From positions 4,417,784 to 4,481,783 of the forward strand of contig OZ242381.1 of assembly GCA_965209095.1 (NCBI GenBank): 64,000 nucleotides of DNA. Reading direction: 5' to 3'. This document shows, one piece after another, positions 61,001-64,000 of the stretch. Each line of letters begins with the position of its first letter. The first letter of the stretch is position 1. The DNA is from Candidatus Poribacteria bacterium (GTDB lineage Bacteria; Poribacteria; WGA-4E; WGA-3G). The notes beneath the pieces are model-generated. The model ran no database searches. It worked only from the letters and a program-made list of their open reading frames with translations, and had not been told where the DNA came from. Position numbers and translations under genes: made by a program.

Positions 61001-61562
61001 AATCTCCGAAACCGACTTCCTAAGGTACTTTCCGAGTCAAAGTGGTTTTCAGTTTTTTCTCATCAGAACACCGCCAGAATTGCGAGAACAAACGCAGCAG
61101 ATACTTGAGTCAACATTAGAGGATTTCGGTTTTGATGTTACCTCAGCTGCAGAACGACTTGCAAGTTTTCGGGCAGTCGAAAATACTTATATTTCAACTT
61201 TTCAGAGTCTCGGTGGGTTAGGTGTGCTACTTGGAACTTTAGGAATTGGTCTGGTTTTATTTAGAAATATTATTGAACGGAGCGGACAATTGGCAACGTT
61301 ACGAGCGTTCGGATTCCGTATGAAACTACTATTCAAGATGTTGCTACTCGAAAGTTGCTTTATTCTGACCGTAGGTATGTTAATCGGGATTGCAGCAGGA
61401 CTTGTCGCAATCATTAGTTCACAAGGGCATCTGCCTGCATTCCCATGGATTTCACTGACGATTACCTTGTTATTGATATTCGTATTTGGTATAATTTCAA
61501 ATTGTATTGCCGTTTCAATTGCACTCAGAAGTCCTTTACTATCCACATTGAAGTCGGAGTAG
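58023..61562 (+). CDS. ABC transporter permease with two FtsX-type domains and large extracytoplasmic domains (MacB-like)
   Basis: 1179 aa. Two blocks of 3-4 TM helices (around aa 500-640 and 1060-1179), each preceded by a large soluble domain. Immediately downstream of the ATPase. Confidence 0.7.
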   Translation: MRNILKTAKYYWRIHFIVALCTAVATGVLAGALIVGDSMRGSLRNITLERLGKIQHAVIADHFFHPEIIIKQQNMEAAILLNGTVVAADTDARASKVNIYGVEESFFDFWDETSTPNLNNQDNLPFASIVINDALQKELNVQIGDTILVNFPKAAEIHPEFLLGTRDADDVIQSLRVIVSDIIFTENAGRFSIHPHQNLPMNAYISLPILQKTLGQTDKINAMFAADSEPISSNSIALTLDALGLKIKSVKNHFDLQSEKYLIEPKLSETALTVAAKNDISTIPTLTYLANTLTTIENDNDSRIVPYSTVLALPIDSKKLDKPFDIYNSEQIDDFDIFLNKWTADDLRVKIGDKIGFTYFSVNAEEGYITKRVTFTLKGTVPIDGIAADRNLIPSFPGIHDTAGLSDWDPPFPFDYSQVRDKDEAYWDEYKATPKAFIPLKTGKSLWKNRFGDLTSIRMGTAPGMEIDETRVLFEAKFLELIKPEDIGFQFLSLQEEGLQSAKGSTDFGMLFSSLSFFIIFAAATLVSSIFAIGVSQRSREIGILHAVGYKLKKIRRRFLFEGITIAFIGSIFGCLLAIGYAQLMIFGLKTWWLPAIGTPFIDLYVSGWSLLIGISVTLVIVIFFIRHIVKRLGKVSTAALLAGETDFDEVSLKTKSQKIQTEIEKKTSLYLGIVFGIIAGYFLCAEGWGGFIFILFVNTLLYFILRSRWLSFLMERLGPTIDYHNNRQFRLNLKSRTVLIGFVIGTIVGFIATMLVFSLDVSHVYETILAVYNHPIVRLLGSAITILGIGTFLFDRWLGSQRVPKRLNRLRFGLKNAAWQPIHSNSSVVIMSLACCIIVAVGVNRHDALPETEYAFVADASLPVHHNLNSPEGKLELGFNEEDSALIAKSEIFPFRVLPGEDVSCLNLYKPKKPQILGAPNSMTDEEPWRLLFLEHPQAQEKRVHAIGDENSLRWILHHNTKDDFVIQDEKGDSLYLQLNTIKNSLFQSQLIISETDFLRYFPSQSGFQFFLIRTPPELREQTQQILESTLEDFGFDVTSAAERLASFRAVENTYISTFQSLGGLGVLLGTLGIGLVLFRNIIERSGQLATLRAFGFRMKLLFKMLLLESCFILTVGMLIGIAAGLVAIISSQGHLPAFPWISLTITLLLIFVFGIISNCIAVSIALRSPLLSTLKSE

Positions 61563-61587
61563 AATTGAATTAATCAATATTAATTCT

Positions 61588-62187
61588 GTGTCTAATAATC
61601 AGATGAGACGTTATTATATATATGCTGCAGTAATTATATCTATATTGCCACTATTGACACTGATTGGATGTTCGGATGACCTTGATACCGATACATCATC
61701 GTCCATTCAACATACTGAAAAGGGTTGGATGTCTTACAATTCTGGGGATTGGACACAAGCACTTCTGAATTTTGAAAGGGCATTAAATAGTGATCCAGAA
61801 AATGCTGACGCACATAATGGTGTGGGATGGTGTCAATTGAGTCTTTCACTTACACTTACTTTAGCATTGGAGTCTTTTCAAAATGCAGTTCGCTACGATT
61901 CCTCAAATGCTGATGCTTGGATTGGTCTGGCAAATGTCCTATACCTGCGAAACAAGGATAATTCTGATTTTACATCCGCAATACGGGCAATTGATAATGC
62001 ATTAGATGCAGATGAGGCATTTCTCTATCGGCACGACTATCAATCAATAGTTGATATATATGCACTAAAAGCAGCTTGTTATTTCTATCTCGGTGAAATT
62101 AATCTGGCAAGAGAAGAGATAGATACTGCACAACAAATTGATGCTGAAAACAGAACCGTTATTGCACTTCAAAAGTTATTGGAATAG
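61588..62187 (+). CDS. TPR-repeat lipoprotein
   Basis: Lipobox LTLIGCSD. Four TPR-like repeats. Confidence 0.5.
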   Translation: MSNNQMRRYYIYAAVIISILPLLTLIGCSDDLDTDTSSSIQHTEKGWMSYNSGDWTQALLNFERALNSDPENADAHNGVGWCQLSLSLTLTLALESFQNAVRYDSSNADAWIGLANVLYLRNKDNSDFTSAIRAIDNALDADEAFLYRHDYQSIVDIYALKAACYFYLGEINLAREEIDTAQQIDAENRTVIALQKLLE

Positions 62188-62218
62188 TCTGATAGAAAAT
62201 GACAATTAGGAGAAGAAT

Positions 62219-63121
62219 ATGTCTGATAAAGTTATTACATCAACAGAATTAACTAACTTAACACCTTACCATAGTGGTAAAGTTAGGGATCTGTATGATC
62301 TTGGAGATGAATTTTTAATTGTGTCTACTGACCGGATATCCGCATTTGATGTCGTTTTACCGAATGGGATACCGGATAAGGGAAGGGTCTTGACTGGATT
62401 GTCAGCATTTTGGTTTGACTACACCAAATCTGTTGCTGCTAACCACGTGATTTCAACTGATGTGGAGGATTATCCTGAATCATTACAATTAGATGCGAAA
62501 CTTCTCAATGGACGTTCTATGCTTGTCCGTAAAGCCGATAGAGTCGATGTTGAATGCGTTGTTAGAGGCTATCTCGCTGGTTCCGGATGGTCATCTTATC
62601 AGAAGTCCGGTGAAATCTGTGGACAGAAACTACCATCTGGGTTGCGCGAATCGGATAAGTTACCTGAATTATTATTCACTCCAACGACTAAGGCAGAACA
62701 AGGCGAACATGATGAACCTATAACAATAGATGAAATGCGGAATCAAGTCGGTACTGAACTTACAAATACATTGATTGAAATAAGTTTCGCGCTTTTCAGA
62801 ACCGCAAGTAAGCATGCAGAAGACTCAGGAATAATCCTATGTGATACTAAATTTGAATTCGGACAATGCAATGGAGAGTTGATCCTTATAGACGAGATAT
62901 TCACCCCTGACTCGTCCCGCTTTTGGCCTGCCGATTTATATGAACCCGGCGGACCTCAGCAAAGTTTTGATAAACAATTCGTGCGGGATTATCTGTCAGA
63001 AATTAAATGGAATAAGGAACCACCCGCACCAGGATTGCCTGAAAATGTAATAACCAAAACAAGTGAGAAATATCGTGAAGCATACCGATTAATAGTTGGA
63101 GAAGAATTACCTGAGATCTAA
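62219..63121 (+). CDS. purC: Phosphoribosylaminoimidazole-succinocarboxamide (SAICAR) synthase
   Basis: GKVRDLYDLGDEFLIVSTDRISAFDVVLPNGIPDKGRVLT matches the PurC N-terminus. Confidence 0.85.
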   Translation: MSDKVITSTELTNLTPYHSGKVRDLYDLGDEFLIVSTDRISAFDVVLPNGIPDKGRVLTGLSAFWFDYTKSVAANHVISTDVEDYPESLQLDAKLLNGRSMLVRKADRVDVECVVRGYLAGSGWSSYQKSGEICGQKLPSGLRESDKLPELLFTPTTKAEQGEHDEPITIDEMRNQVGTELTNTLIEISFALFRTASKHAEDSGIILCDTKFEFGQCNGELILIDEIFTPDSSRFWPADLYEPGGPQQSFDKQFVRDYLSEIKWNKEPPAPGLPENVITKTSEKYREAYRLIVGEELPEI

Positions 63122-63392
63122 ACAATGTGTCTAATTTTTCATCATAAGTGTATAAAAATTAGACATAAAATATCTTCATCTCCTAAAATCATTTCCATTT
63201 TGTTGGCATAGAAATTGCTAATAAGAATTTATGCCTCCTTAGGTGAGTCGGAATAGCAGTCAAACATATACACAATCTGTTAGTTGTCATTGTGTGTTAG
63301 GTTAGAAACCCTGAGAATTCTAAACCGATTGCGTTGTTTCCGGCTCTTTTATTTTAAGTGTAGTCCTTGTTGAAAATCCTCTATTCATTGGA

Positions 63393-63509
63393 CATTGTAG
63401 TGCGGGGTCTCCGTGTCCCGCTATTGCCGGTAGATTGAAGGATGGCGGGGCACGGAGACCCCGCACTACAATGGATGGTCAGTAGTTGGTGCCAAAACAT
63501 CACACATCC
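63393..63509. repeat. Partial MITE-family copy E
   Basis: CATTGTAGTGCGGGGTCTCCGTGTCCCGC ... GGCGGGGCACGGAGACCCCGCACTACAATGG ... GGTGCCAAAACATCACACATCC. Internal hairpins as in copy B. Confidence 0.55.
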
Positions 63510-63510
63510 G

Positions 63511-64000
63511 CTATTCAATGCCAACTATTTTCCGTAAAGAATTGACCAATGACCCTTCTGACAACCATTTTGCTGCAACACGCCATACACTTGTGGAATA
63601 CGTCGGATAGACGTGGATCATGCCGCTTAGTTTTCGTAATGGAATTCCTTCCTGCATCGCGAGAACATACTCGTGTATTACTTCTCCAGCATTTGCTCCG
63701 ACAAGGTGTACCCCTACTATTTTTCCACGCCATTTCGTCGTAATTACTTTAGAAAATCCTGATGTTTCTCCTTCCGCAACGGCTCTGTCAACGTCATTTT
63801 GATCTAACTTGAACACGTCAACATCTCCATATTGTGCGCGTGCTTGAACCTCTGTCAATCCACATCTGGCTACTTCAGGATCACAAAACGTTGTCCACGG
63901 AACAACAGAATAATTTACTTTTTTACGAAATGGCAATAGGAAATTCCTAACAAGAAGCTGTGCTTGAAAAGCAGCTACATGAGTAAAAAGATAGTGTCCA
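63511..64000 (-). CDS. Pyridine nucleotide-disulfide oxidoreductase (dihydrolipoamide dehydrogenase / mercuric reductase family), C-terminal part; N-terminus beyond window end
   Basis: Dimerisation domain WTTFCDPEVARCGLTEVQA...HVYPTYS. The reading frame stays open upstream of 63936 (…HVAAFQAQLLVRNFLLP) to the window edge. Confidence 0.65.
   Translation of the reverse strand, partial: GHYLFTHVAAFQAQLLVRNFLLPFRKKVNYSVVPWTTFCDPEVARCGLTEVQARAQYGDVDVFKLDQNDVDRAVAEGETSGFSKVITTKWRGKIVGVHLVGANAGEVIHEYVLAMQEGIPLRKLSGMIHVYPTYSTSVWRVAAKWLSEGSLVNSLRKIVGIE

Overview
This 64-kb window looks like a metagenome-type bacterial contig of roughly 40-45% GC. It is gene-dense and mostly chromosomal housekeeping, with accessory and mobile DNA interspersed. 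I did not recognise any rRNA or tRNA genes, nor a CRISPR array. Taxon is not assignable from sequence alone; the gene content (many Gfo/Idh/MocA, FN3, TPR, PD40 genes) resembles uncultivated aquatic or host-associated lineages.

Recognisable genes:
- System-I cytochrome c maturation genes ccmE, ccmF, a CcmH-like gene, ccmA and ccmB, interrupted by 2-oxoacid:ferredoxin oxidoreductase korAB.
- The conserved gap-tpiA-secG block, plus murA, hisD, truA, purC and a DHDPS-family gene.
- Four Gfo/Idh/MocA oxidoreductases, three of them in tandem.
- A MacB/FtsX-type ABC exporter.
- A 1208-aa secreted metzincin protease carrying tandem FN3 domains.
- Two paralogous cassettes, each a secreted protein followed by a PD40/TolB-like beta-propeller and a shared terminator.

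Mobile and repetitive DNA:
- At least 8 copies or fragments of a modular MITE-like palindromic element bounded by GGGTGTGTAAAGTTTTTGGCA-type inverted repeats.
- An IS630-family transposase pseudogene, two further transposase remnants and an Rpn/DUF4351-like fragment.

Most notable observations:
1. A BrnT-like (DUF497) toxin gene overlaps the start of a 461-aa TIR-domain protein (38.8-40.5 kb). The TIR protein has an N-terminal segment that may be BrnA-like and an unclassified C-terminal domain. A MazG-like NTP pyrophosphohydrolase gene lies convergent to it. This is a candidate undescribed toxin/TIR defence module.
2. A HigB toxin gene is followed 4 nt later by a 588-aa protein. Its N-terminus resembles the HigA N-terminal domain, but the HTH is replaced by a long TPR array.
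3. A SelW/Rdx-like selenoprotein gene with an in-frame TGA in a CxxU motif was missed by the ORF track.
4. CcmE carries the CxxxY variant of the heme-binding motif (Cys in place of His).
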